A model generated the notes under the pieces. That model saw nothing but the letters and a program-made list of their open reading frames with translations, was not told the DNA's origin and made no database searches. This document shows, in pieces, positions 48,815 through 58,493 of a stretch of 64,000 bases of DNA. Positions within the stretch are counted from its first letter, which is position 1. Each line of letters opens with the position of its first letter. The stretch comes from Thermoproteota archaeon (lineage in GTDB: Archaea > Korarchaeota > Korarchaeia > Korarchaeales > Korarchaeaceae): the NCBI GenBank assembly GCA_027491395.1, contig JAOZFI010000036.1:1-64000 (forward strand). Reading direction: 5' to 3'. Made by a program: the position numbers and the translations under genes.

Positions 48815-49330
48815 CTATAGATCTAAAACCTCCACACTCCTTTCCCCTGTTTCTAAAATCGCAACGGTTCTTCTCCCCGTAAGCTTTCCACATGACTCAC
48901 CCGGATTTATCACCAGCGCGTCCCCCACCTCCTCCACGTGGACCTCGTGGGTGTGGCCGTACAACACGAAGTCGAACTTCCCGCTCTTAGCCAGCTGGAT
49001 GGCTGATAACTTGGTTAATTCCTTTGAGCCAAATCCGTGGAACAACAGGGCCTTTTTCTCGCTGAGGAGTACTTCTACAGGTCCTGGATAATATGCTCCC
49101 TCATTCTCCAGAGCCGAGATGGTGGTGAGCGCCTCAGCGTCATTGTTCCCTCTGAGGAGGCGGAAGGATATTCCCGAGTTTATTATGGGCTTCAATGAGA
49201 AAGGAGAGATCAAGTCACCTAGATGTATTATCTCGTCAACACCCATCCTCTGAAAGATCTCCACAGCCCTCTCTATCGACTCTAGGTCATCATGAGAGTC
49301 GGATATTATCCCCACAAGCAAGCACATCAC
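48815..49330 (-). CDS. YfcE/MJ0936-family metallophosphoesterase
   Basis: SDSH, HLGD, GNND, HG, GHTH, INPGE. Confidence 0.9.
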   Translation of the reverse strand: MMCLLVGIISDSHDDLESIERAVEIFQRMGVDEIIHLGDLISPFSLKPIINSGISFRLLRGNNDAEALTTISALENEGAYYPGPVEVLLSEKKALLFHGFGSKELTKLSAIQLAKSGKFDFVLYGHTHEVHVEEVGDALVINPGESCGKLTGRRTVAILETGERSVEVLDL

Positions 49331-50092
49331 CTAACCCTGAAGCAACCCGTCCCTCCTAAAAACTGGCGCGGTCTCCAGTACCCTCTTAATGTATTCGAGA
49401 CCCTCCGGGGATGAGAATAGGGGGAGTTCCCAATCAACGACGACCTCTTTCCTCTCCACCGGGCCGTATTCTGTATTCCTAATCCTGACGGTCTTCCTGA
49501 CGAGAACGCCCCTTCTCTGCCAGGCAGGTACCTTAGCAATATTGACTCCGAGCTTCTTGAAGATGAGTTCGTGGAGGTACTCCGATTTCTTTCCATGCAG
49601 TTCTTCGGCAGCCTTCTCCCTCGAGAGCCCTTCCTTCTCAAGGGACAGGAGCGCGTAGGAGTTCAGCGCGTTTCTCCACGCCTCATCCTGCCTCCAAGAT
49701 AGGTAACTCACCAGTTCGTCCTCGTCTCTGATGAGGACGATCCTCCCGTCGAAACTGGCTGCATATCCTAGGGCTAGGGAGGTCCGCGCTGAGATGAAAG
49801 AGGATACTATCGAAACGATCTTCTCCACTCTACCGTTCCACGGTAGAGGGGGTGCAAATAGGAGGGATATTTCATCGGAAAATATGTAAGCGAGAGCAAC
49901 TGGGAGGTTGCGCTCCATTAACTCCTCGGATGCATTGATCAAGGATCTCAATAATCTCTCGTCGTAGGGCCTCTCGAGCTCTAGCTCCTCGGCTAACTTC
50001 CTGAATCTCCATCCATCCACTCTCACGATTATGGGTATATCAACGGGAATGGATAAACGAGAGAATATCTCCCTGGACTTCCAATCAAGCAT
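49331..50092 (-). CDS. thg1: tRNA(His) guanylyltransferase, Thg1-like protein
   Basis: VRVDGWRF, SDEISL, GRVEK, FDGR, WRQ..AWRN. Confidence 0.9.
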   Translation of the reverse strand: MLDWKSREIFSRLSIPVDIPIIVRVDGWRFRKLAEELELERPYDERLLRSLINASEELMERNLPVALAYIFSDEISLLFAPPLPWNGRVEKIVSIVSSFISARTSLALGYAASFDGRIVLIRDEDELVSYLSWRQDEAWRNALNSYALLSLEKEGLSREKAAEELHGKKSEYLHELIFKKLGVNIAKVPAWQRRGVLVRKTVRIRNTEYGPVERKEVVVDWELPLFSSPEGLEYIKRVLETAPVFRRDGLLQG

Positions 50093-50093
50093 G

Positions 50094-50426
50094 CTACCCG
50101 CTCAGCCTTGATATCCTCTCGGCTATCTCGAGCACGGCTGATTCAACGTCTTCTCTGTCTGTCTCGAGGGTTATGATCCCCCTAGCCTCCACTATCTCCC
50201 TCAATTCAGCATCGAACTCCCTAGCTATTAGCACCTCGCAGTCCCTCAGTATCTCCAGAACGGAAGTAGGTCCCCTTTTACTTCCCTTTCTGGTATTGAC
50301 TCTCATCTCCACCTTGGTGGGACTTCTCCCTAGGACATCGTATATGGCGAAGAACTTGGCCTCGTGAAAGGGTCCTTCCTTCAGGGTTTTCCCATCATCT
50401 GTTGCGACGGCGACTCGGATCGGCAA
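50094..50426 (-). CDS. NifB/NifX (FeMo-cofactor-binding-like) family protein
   Basis: RVAVATDDG, F.EAKFFAIYDV, DCEVLI. Confidence 0.7.
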   Translation of the reverse strand: MPIRVAVATDDGKTLKEGPFHEAKFFAIYDVLGRSPTKVEMRVNTRKGSKRGPTSVLEILRDCEVLIAREFDAELREIVEARGIITLETDREDVESAVLEIAERISRLSG

Positions 50427-50480
50427 ATTATCTCATCCTCCCGGATGGACTATGTTTGAATAAGGAGACACAAGATATAA

Positions 50481-51542
50481 TCATGCCGCCGGAGGATTCG
50501 GTTGATTCCTTTGTAGGATTCTGGCTAGTGATTCTATGAACTCGCCCATACGATCGGAGTCCACTATCAGGGAGGAAAACCCTCTACCCCCGAACACCGA
50601 TCCCTCCATCTCCCCCATCGCCTCCCTAGTTAGAGGGAAGAGGTCCACTTGGGGATCGCCCGCTACATAGATCAGTCCCAATGGAGGATCGTAGAAATAA
50701 GATACAGCGAAAGGGAACCCCCTTTCATGAGCCACAAGCGAAACTACGAATCTCTGATAGGGTTCCTGAACCTCCCACCCGGTGAGGCTCCTCGATTCAA
50801 ATGTGGGTTCGTCGAGGAGGGAATCAATCTCCCTATTCACATCGGCGATCTTGGACCTGATCAGACTAGCCATGGCCGAGGTTCCGCTCAGGAACCAATC
50901 TGGATCATCGAACGATTCTCCTAGGGCTGAAGCTGCTAGGTAGATCCAATCCTCACCTAGGAAGGACGCCGCTACCAGCGCCTCCTGAACGGTCCTTATT
51001 GAATTCTCATCCAGCAGCTCAGGCCAGGAGAGACGCGCCCTTTCGAGCACACCTTCACATACTTCTGAGGTGCACTTCCCAAAGAACCCTCCAGAAGCCA
51101 CCCATGATAGGAGATCATTATTCTCATCAGCCTTTACGGCTATCAGGTATGCTAGGAGGCTTGTAGAAATTCCAGGAGAATCCAAGCTCATCCTGACAGT
51201 ATTCTCATAGCTCAATACAGGAGTTGAGCCGTGGTCCAGTATGATTACACTCCTATACAACTCGCTCGATACTTGAATGGGGCCCCTGCCGTGGGGAGGA
51301 AGATCCAAGAACATTAGAGAGTCACATCTCCCCGAACAACTCTCAATTACATCTATTGCGCTTTCCGGCGCTGACGTAATAAGCTCCGGCTCTATTCCAC
51401 GTTGGGACAGCACTTCCTCCATGATCACCGACGAGGAGATCCCATCCGGTGTAGGAGGAAATACTATGCCTGCCTTACTTACGCCCGCGAGTCCCGATTC
51501 CAGTAGCCTTAGGGCATTAGTGGCCCATTCATCAAGTTCCAT
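50481..51542 (-). CDS. DHH/RecJ-fold protein with degenerate catalytic motifs
   Basis: TPDGISS (motif I), FLDLP (II), ILDHG (DHH altered), STSLL, terminal GGRG. Confidence 0.55.
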   Translation of the reverse strand: MELDEWATNALRLLESGLAGVSKAGIVFPPTPDGISSSVIMEEVLSQRGIEPELITSAPESAIDVIESCSGRCDSLMFLDLPPHGRGPIQVSSELYRSVIILDHGSTPVLSYENTVRMSLDSPGISTSLLAYLIAVKADENNDLLSWVASGGFFGKCTSEVCEGVLERARLSWPELLDENSIRTVQEALVAASFLGEDWIYLAASALGESFDDPDWFLSGTSAMASLIRSKIADVNREIDSLLDEPTFESRSLTGWEVQEPYQRFVVSLVAHERGFPFAVSYFYDPPLGLIYVAGDPQVDLFPLTREAMGEMEGSVFGGRGFSSLIVDSDRMGEFIESLARILQRNQPNPPAA

Positions 51543-54003
51543 GCTCAGGCCTCCTTAGGCGGATCGCAAGCAGTATGGCAGACGTTATCCCAACACCTAT
51601 GAGGAAATAGATGAGGCTGTTCATCAACTCGTCAAGGGACGAGTAGGTATACTCCTCTAGGGAGGAGATCTCAGCTTCCGCTCTATTGAGGATCTCGCTG
51701 GCTTTTTCGTAGGAGGCCTGATTTATCAAATCCTTAGCCTCCTCCAGCATGCCCTCTATCTCACTCATTTTCTCCTTTACTTGGGGATCCAGTCCCCCTG
51801 AAGCCTCTTTGAGCGTCTTAAATCTCCTTCTAAGATCGGCGAGCTTAGATCTGAGTGACATCTCCAATGACTCTTGACCGCCCTCCCCCACCACCTTCAC
51901 GGTCACTGTGTTTGTGGGGATGAGGAGACTGCCATTCACTGAGATGTATGTCGGGATAGTGTAGACGCCTCTCTCGGAGAATGACCCGACCACCTCGATC
52001 TCACCTGGCGCGACGAACTCCACGGAATTTCCCCTGATTCTACCCTTAGCCTCTAGAATAGACATCTTAGCCGGGAACTCGACCGTTACATTACCAGACA
52101 GGTCCTCTACCCTGATCTTCAGCCTTATCTGATCCCCTACGTTCACTTGCCTCTTATTGATCTCCACAAGGGCTCTCCCAGATACCCCGCCTATCGGTAT
52201 CTTTATCTCCTTGGTATAGATTCGCTCGGAAGCTTCGCCTTCTATGGAGTAGTAGATCACTACCTTCACAGCAGCTGGACCAACGCTCGCTGCCCTAAAG
52301 GTGAAGGTCAACTCCCTAGTAGATCCCTCCTGTAGGTCCTTCACTAACTTGGAGGTATCGGTTATCGGCTCCAGCTCATCAGACGAGTTAACGGCTACCA
52401 AGATCTTGGAGAGTGGGACCATAGTGGTGAATGTCACCTTGATCTCCACACGGTCTCCTACACTGGGGAGATCTGGAGATATCGCAATCAATGCGTTCAA
52501 CGGGTTCTCACTGGTGGATACTATCGAAATATCACCCAGCGAGATGGTATGGACCTCCCCACTTGAATCCTCAACGTATATCTCCAATGTGCCCCTGTAA
52601 TCTCCAACAGGTAAGCTCAAGGGCAGGAGGATCCTCTGTGATCCGTTACCTTGAAGCTGTATCGAGAGCGGGAACTTGAGGGATAACATGTCTCCCCTCC
52701 TCGTGGTTAAATTGAGTCTAGCCTCGATCAGGGAAAGTGATGTGGGCCCTACGTTTAAAGCCAAGATGTGAAGATCTCCCCTCCCTCCGACTAGGAAGAC
52801 GCGAGACCCGTTAAGCAGTCTAATGTCGTAAGCTTTGAGGATCTTCATCTTACGCTCGATACCGTAGATTCCATCGCTGGAAAAGCCAGTTAGATAAATC
52901 GGAACGACTATCTCTGTCTTGGGAAGGGGGAGGCTCACCTTGAGAAGGTATTTGAAGCCCTTATTTCTCAGGGATACAGATCTCCCGCCTGGAAGGAGCA
53001 GCGTCAGGTTGGATGCATCTCCCGGATCCACGGATACCTCGATGGAAGTACCACCAATGCCCTCACTAGGTGTATCCAGCCCTATGTCCAGACTGAAGTT
53101 CGGATCGGACACGAAAGTCAGCCCATCAACGATGCATGTATCGCATCGATCCGGAGACAATATCGTGTATGTGGAGGGCCCTGTCCGATCAACCCTCACC
53201 AAGTACTTCCCGTCGCCGAGGGTGTATATCCCAAGGAATTCGCGGATAGGTAATCTGCTCGTTACAGTCAGATTTACTGAAGGTCCAAAGGCCAGTAAGG
53301 AGACCTCCCCATCTTGAATGACAAACTTCGTATATGCATAGGGGTCAACGGGACCCTCCAACTCCACTTCGCTTGCAAGGGGCTTGATGAGACCGTTAAA
53401 GGAGAGGATCGTGTTATTTTTGCATATAAGCACCTCGGAGAGTTCACCTTCGTTCGTCCAGTTAACCTCGAAAATCCATCCATCTAGGGAGGAAACCCAA
53501 GAACCTCTAGATTCGTTACCCTGTATCATGGCAACGGCTTCACCATCGACTTTGGCCTCCAGGAGTTCCACGGTGGGCCTTCTCTTCGAAAGGATCGATA
53601 TCTGAAGGATCTTGTCTGAAGACGCCTTCACAAGGAAGGGTCCTACAAGAGCGTACCCGGTCGAGTTGTCGGCTCCATTGGCGGGATGGGAGACGATCGA
53701 TAGGTTCTTGAGCACGAATGTGACATTGGTACCGTTAACTAGAACCGCGTTGTAGGTGGAGTTTCCCTCCTCAAGAGGATAGTATCCCATGTCACCTATT
53801 TTCGCTATCACATCTACAACGTAGTTCACAGCCTCTATTAGGTGGAAAGATGAGAGGGCCTCTCCACCCCTGACTAAAACTATACCGCTATATCTCACGC
53901 TATCTGGTGGTTGAGCAGTTGATGGCTGAGCGTGCACACTAGGGAAGCTTATCGACAGCAATAACAGCACTGCCATAAGCGCCAGAGTCTTCCTATTCCA
54001 CAT
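51532..54003 (-). CDS. Large secreted, C-terminally anchored beta-rich protein (cell-surface/S-layer-associated)
   Basis: Signal peptide (VHA-Q), many N-x-S/T sites, Ig-like segments, coiled coil, C-terminal TM plus RLRR. Confidence 0.7.
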   Translation of the reverse strand: MWNRKTLALMAVLLLLSISFPSVHAQPSTAQPPDSVRYSGIVLVRGGEALSSFHLIEAVNYVVDVIAKIGDMGYYPLEEGNSTYNAVLVNGTNVTFVLKNLSIVSHPANGADNSTGYALVGPFLVKASSDKILQISILSKRRPTVELLEAKVDGEAVAMIQGNESRGSWVSSLDGWIFEVNWTNEGELSEVLICKNNTILSFNGLIKPLASEVELEGPVDPYAYTKFVIQDGEVSLLAFGPSVNLTVTSRLPIREFLGIYTLGDGKYLVRVDRTGPSTYTILSPDRCDTCIVDGLTFVSDPNFSLDIGLDTPSEGIGGTSIEVSVDPGDASNLTLLLPGGRSVSLRNKGFKYLLKVSLPLPKTEIVVPIYLTGFSSDGIYGIERKMKILKAYDIRLLNGSRVFLVGGRGDLHILALNVGPTSLSLIEARLNLTTRRGDMLSLKFPLSIQLQGNGSQRILLPLSLPVGDYRGTLEIYVEDSSGEVHTISLGDISIVSTSENPLNALIAISPDLPSVGDRVEIKVTFTTMVPLSKILVAVNSSDELEPITDTSKLVKDLQEGSTRELTFTFRAASVGPAAVKVVIYYSIEGEASERIYTKEIKIPIGGVSGRALVEINKRQVNVGDQIRLKIRVEDLSGNVTVEFPAKMSILEAKGRIRGNSVEFVAPGEIEVVGSFSERGVYTIPTYISVNGSLLIPTNTVTVKVVGEGGQESLEMSLRSKLADLRRRFKTLKEASGGLDPQVKEKMSEIEGMLEEAKDLINQASYEKASEILNRAEAEISSLEEYTYSSLDELMNSLIYFLIGVGITSAILLAIRLRRPEHGT

Positions 54004-54073
54004 TTTTCAGGCGTTTCATCTCTTGGGCCTATTTTACGTTTGAACGACCATCGTCGATCATTCCTTCTCAAGA

Positions 54074-55351
54074 TTAAGGCAATACCCTCTCTGGATCCCT
54101 AGGGAAGAGGGCCGCCTCCTTTATGTTGGGTAGATCCAGCATCTTCATGGTTAGCCTCTCTATCCCCACAGCGAACCCCCCATGAGGTGGTGCACCATAA
54201 GCGAAGAACTTGGTGAACCACTCAAGGCTTTTCGGATTCATCCCTTTCTCCCTTATCTGTGACACGAGTACATCGTATCTATGTTCTCTCTGACCGCCTG
54301 AGCTTAGTTCCAGCCCCTTATAGAGAAGATCAACGCTTCTAGCCCAAGTTTCATCTTCTTTCATCACGTAGAATGGTTTCACCTTGAACGGAAATCTGTT
54401 GACGAAGAAGAAGTCAGCTCCGTACTCTTGCTTCACATACTGCCATAGAAGCCTCTCGCTTTCAGTGTCGTAGTCCTCACCATATTCAACGCTCTTCCCC
54501 ATCTCCTCCAATATGTCGTACACTTTGGGGAATCTTAACTCTGGAAACGGCGTTTTTGGAACCTCCAGATCCACATTCAGTAGCTCCAACTCCTTTGACC
54601 TCTCCTCCACCACGCGTTTTATACCAGCCCTTATCATCTCCTCCTCAACCCTCATTGTATCCTGCTCATTCTCTATGAAGGCCAGCTCCACCGCTATGGA
54701 TCTGAACTCGCTTAGATGTCTGGGGGTGTGGCTGAGCTCCGCTCTCCAGTTCACGCCTAGGTCGTATATTCTCTCAAATCCCCCTATTATGGTTAACTGC
54801 CTGTGTAGCTGGGGATCCTGTCTCAAGTACGCCTCTCTATCGAAGTATTGGACCCTGAAGACCTCCGCACCACTCTCACTCGCAGCCCCTATTATGGCAG
54901 GTGTGAATACCCTCAGGAACCCATTCTCCCTCAACCATTCCTCCATGCCATGTATCAGAGATGCTTCTATCTTGAAAATGGCTTGAACTTCCGGCCTTCT
55001 GAGGTCCAGAGGACGATTATCCAATCTGGTAGGTAGCTGGGCGGGAACCTTCCAGTTGGGATCCATCGGAAGTTTAGGATGGGCTACGGAGTGCACGACG
55101 ATCTTGGCTGGCACTATCTCCCTATCCACGGCTTTAGCCTTCTTCTCAGCTACTTCCTCGCCCACGGCCTCTATGACCGATTCTTGGGTTAAATCGTCGG
55201 TGAGCTCGAATAGCTCATCGGGAGTGATTCCTCTCTTGAGGGTCAGCTGGATCTTCTCCTTCCAGTTCCTTATGACCACAAACCTGATCCTTCCTAGATC
55301 GCGTACCTCGCTGACCCAGCCGTGGACTTTCACTCTACCTTCTTCACCCAT
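54074..55351 (-). CDS. aspS: Aspartyl-tRNA synthetase (archaeal type)
   Basis: GWV..VRDLG, RLDNRPLDLR, SESGAEVF, WRAE, SSGGQREHR, PPHGG, FPRD. Confidence 0.93.
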   Translation of the reverse strand: MGEEGRVKVHGWVSEVRDLGRIRFVVIRNWKEKIQLTLKRGITPDELFELTDDLTQESVIEAVGEEVAEKKAKAVDREIVPAKIVVHSVAHPKLPMDPNWKVPAQLPTRLDNRPLDLRRPEVQAIFKIEASLIHGMEEWLRENGFLRVFTPAIIGAASESGAEVFRVQYFDREAYLRQDPQLHRQLTIIGGFERIYDLGVNWRAELSHTPRHLSEFRSIAVELAFIENEQDTMRVEEEMIRAGIKRVVEERSKELELLNVDLEVPKTPFPELRFPKVYDILEEMGKSVEYGEDYDTESERLLWQYVKQEYGADFFFVNRFPFKVKPFYVMKEDETWARSVDLLYKGLELSSGGQREHRYDVLVSQIREKGMNPKSLEWFTKFFAYGAPPHGGFAVGIERLTMKMLDLPNIKEAALFPRDPERVLP

Positions 55352-58287
55352 ATGAATACCCTCCGACCGTCTACCTCCCATTCCTTTCCGAAGGAACTCC
55401 CTGGCACCTCTCTCTCATTGCTAATGAATTTTATAACGTTCGCATCGGAGTCCCACGCTATCTCATCGTAGTACCTCTCCAGCGCCCTTTTTACATCCTC
55501 GTCACCTTGCACATAGACTTCTATCCTCTCCAAACCTATGGTGAGACCTAATTCCTTTCTCATAAGCTGTATCCTCCTAGTAAGCTCCCTAGCGAGACCT
55601 CCCAGAATCTCCTCATCACCCATCTCCAAATTGAGGAACACGCTTCCCTCACTAAAGTCGGCATGGGCCCATTTTCCGTCAGTGGGCGCCTCTCCTAATC
55701 TAACCTCTCTCACATTCGCCTCCGTGACCAGCACATCTTTGAAGACCTCGACGGCCCTCCTAACCATATCATTCTCAGTAACGACGACCAGTTCCCTCAA
55801 AGGCTGCCTCTTCCTTATCCCGGCGTTCGATCGAGCAAATCCTGACGCGCTGATTATAGATCTGATGTGCCTCATCATATCCTCCAGCTCAGGATCGATC
55901 ATCCCGTCATCCGGATCCTTCAACAGGAGGAAGTTCACGCTATCTGGATCGTTCTCTCCTCTAAACGATTCCAAGTATATCTTCTCAGACATGAGCGGTG
56001 CGAAGATGGATAGGTAGGGCAAGGTCTCCCTCAGCACATGGAAGAGCACCTTTCCCCATTGGTCGGCCACGGATCTATCCTTTGATCTCAGCTTCTTCCT
56101 AGCTACCCTAAGATACAGGTGACTCAGGTCATCTATCAGGAACGAGAGGATCTCGTTGCTTGCTACATGGAGGTGATATTCGTTCATGCTCTCCCTGACC
56201 CTCTTCATCATGGAATGAAGCCTAGACAGAACCCACCTGTTAACAGGATCCAGCTCCTCCTTGGGAGGGAGCTGACCCAATTCCCTATCCCTAAGATAAG
56301 TTGTAGCGAATACGTAAACGTTCCATATGACTGAGAGGCGTCTCTCCATCTCCTTGAGTCCCTTCCAGGAGAACCTCAGGTCCTGCCACGGTACTTTGGT
56401 GAGGACGAAGAACCTGAAAGTGTCCCTAGCTACATTCTTCAAGATCTCCGGAGGAGGCACATAGTTCCCCAAGCGTTTGTGCATCTCCCTTCCCTTCTCA
56501 TCTAACATGAAGCCGTGCATTAGGACGGACCTGTAAGGCACTTGGTTGAAGAGGAGGGTCCCCATCCTCAGGAGGCTGAAGAACCACCCCCTTATCTGAT
56601 CATGTCCCTCCGTTATGAAATCGACGGGGAATATCTCTTGGAAGACTTCCCTGTTCCTATGAGGATACCCGACGCTGGCGAAAAAGGATACACCAGAGTC
56701 ATACCACACATCCATTATATCAGGGACCCTCCTCATCTCTCCCCCGCACTCGGGGCATTTCCATGTAACCCCATCGACCCATGGCCTATGTAGGTCCTCT
56801 AGCTTGGCTCCAGCCTTCTCCTCGATCTCCTTGGCAGAGCCTATTACCTCTACATGACCACAGCTCTCGCATCTCCAAATCGGTAGCGGAATGCCCCAAT
56901 ACCTCTGCCTCGATATTATCCAGTCCTCCAAGCCAAGCAGCCAGTCCCTGAACCTTCTCTCCCCACCCCACTTGGGGACCCACTTGGCCCTACCGCTCTC
57001 CTCGAGCAGCTTCTCTCTCAGGTCGGTCAGCTTGACGAACCACTGCTTGGTTGTCCTTATTATCAGCGGCGTGTCGCACCTCCAGCAAACGGGATACTTG
57101 TGTATAACGGTCCCCCTGTGGAACAGAGCGCCTCTCTCATCCAGATCTTCAATTATTATGTTGTTCGCTTCCCTCACTTGGAGACCAGCATACTTACCGG
57201 CGTCCTCAGTGAACCTACCCCTCTCATCCACTGGACTGACGACGGGCAGGCCGTACCTCATGCCGACCTCGAAATCCTCCTTACCGTGACCGGGAGCGCT
57301 ATGCACGCACCCGCTACCTTCTTCCATAGTGACATACTCCTCACTTAGCACGACCCTGTGCTCATCCTTGAGCCTCTGCTGAACAGAAACTAGGTCCTCT
57401 AGAGGATGCTCATACTTCAGACCTTCAAGCGTACGTCCCTCAAACTCCTCCACGATCTCGTACTTCTCTATCCCCGCATCCTTCATCACGGCCTCTAACC
57501 TAGCCTTAGCTAGGATGAGCAGGTCCCTACCGACCCTGACTTTGACATACTTCTCGTTAGGGTGCACCATGACCGCTACATTGCCGGGCAGGGTCCACGG
57601 AGTGGTCGTCCATATGAGAAGGTACTCGTTCTCACTCCCTCGAACCCTGAACTTGACGTATATGGAGGGATCCATCAGGTCCTTGTAGCTCTCACTTACC
57701 TCGTAGTCTGATAGAACGGTCTCGCATCTGGGACACCAGTGAACGGGCCTTTCTCCTTCGTAGAGTCTCCCGCTTTCCCAAATCTTCTTCACGCCCCACC
57801 AGGCGCTCTCTATGTATTCGTTCTCGAATGTCCTGTATGGACGATCCCAATCCATCGATACCGCGAACTCCTTGAAGTGCCCGGTCATGGATTTCAGATT
57901 CTTGGTCGCTAGCTCCTTACATTTCAAAACGAACTTGTCTATCCCGTAATTCTCAATGTCCTTCTTGGATGTGAAGCCCAAGGCCTTCTCGGTCATCACC
58001 TCTATGGGGAGGCCGTGAGTGTCCCATCCTGGTTTATCCAAGACGTCGTATCCCTCTCCCCTCTTGAACCTGATTACCGAGTCCTTGATTATCTTGTTCC
58101 ACACGGTTCCCGGATGGGGCATGTCAGATGACGGATAGGGGGGGCCATCTAGGAAGTGAAACCTCTTACTACCCTTCCTAGCATCTCTCAGCCTTTCGTA
58201 GACCCTAGCTTCATCCCAGAACTTCAGTATCTCAGGCTCGTACTTCTTGGGATCGAAATTCCTAGTCAGTTGCCTTACCCTGCTCAT
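55330..58287 (-). CDS. ileS: Isoleucyl-tRNA synthetase
   Basis: DGPPY, HPGT (HIGH variant), WTTTPWTLP, EGHDQIRGWF, EMHKR (KMSKS variant). Confidence 0.96.
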   Translation of the reverse strand: MSRVRQLTRNFDPKKYEPEILKFWDEARVYERLRDARKGSKRFHFLDGPPYPSSDMPHPGTVWNKIIKDSVIRFKRGEGYDVLDKPGWDTHGLPIEVMTEKALGFTSKKDIENYGIDKFVLKCKELATKNLKSMTGHFKEFAVSMDWDRPYRTFENEYIESAWWGVKKIWESGRLYEGERPVHWCPRCETVLSDYEVSESYKDLMDPSIYVKFRVRGSENEYLLIWTTTPWTLPGNVAVMVHPNEKYVKVRVGRDLLILAKARLEAVMKDAGIEKYEIVEEFEGRTLEGLKYEHPLEDLVSVQQRLKDEHRVVLSEEYVTMEEGSGCVHSAPGHGKEDFEVGMRYGLPVVSPVDERGRFTEDAGKYAGLQVREANNIIIEDLDERGALFHRGTVIHKYPVCWRCDTPLIIRTTKQWFVKLTDLREKLLEESGRAKWVPKWGGERRFRDWLLGLEDWIISRQRYWGIPLPIWRCESCGHVEVIGSAKEIEEKAGAKLEDLHRPWVDGVTWKCPECGGEMRRVPDIMDVWYDSGVSFFASVGYPHRNREVFQEIFPVDFITEGHDQIRGWFFSLLRMGTLLFNQVPYRSVLMHGFMLDEKGREMHKRLGNYVPPPEILKNVARDTFRFFVLTKVPWQDLRFSWKGLKEMERRLSVIWNVYVFATTYLRDRELGQLPPKEELDPVNRWVLSRLHSMMKRVRESMNEYHLHVASNEILSFLIDDLSHLYLRVARKKLRSKDRSVADQWGKVLFHVLRETLPYLSIFAPLMSEKIYLESFRGENDPDSVNFLLLKDPDDGMIDPELEDMMRHIRSIISASGFARSNAGIRKRQPLRELVVVTENDMVRRAVEVFKDVLVTEANVREVRLGEAPTDGKWAHADFSEGSVFLNLEMGDEEILGGLARELTRRIQLMRKELGLTIGLERIEVYVQGDEDVKRALERYYDEIAWDSDANVIKFISNEREVPGSSFGKEWEVDGRRVFIWVKKVE

Positions 58288-58334
58288 TTCCTAGGGCACC
58301 TCGCTGCGTGCTCACTCCTACGTCGACCTTCAAG

Positions 58335-58342
58335 TTTATAAA
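58335..58342. promoter_or_regulatory. Palindromic TATA box TTTATAAA between divergent ileS and 5S rRNA
   Basis: About 24 nt upstream of the 5S 5' end and about 48 nt upstream of the ileS ATG. Confidence 0.65.
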
Positions 58343-58365
58343 TGAGAGCGAATACCCCCCTACGA

Positions 58366-58491
58366 GGGCGAGCGGCCATAGCGGCCGGGGACACACCCGG
58401 ACTCATTCCGAACCCGGAAGTTAAGCCCGGCCGCGTTCCGCGGAGTACTGAGCTCCGTAAGGGCTCGGGAAACGCGGAAGCCGCTAAGCCC
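58366..58491 (+). rRNA. rrf: 5S rRNA (stand-alone; ends approximate)
   Basis: GGCCATAGCG, ACACCCGGACTCATTCCGAACCCGGAAGTTAAGC, GGAGTACTG; terminal GGGC..AGCGGC/GCCGCT..GCCC helix. Confidence 0.93.
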
Positions 58492-58493
58492 CC

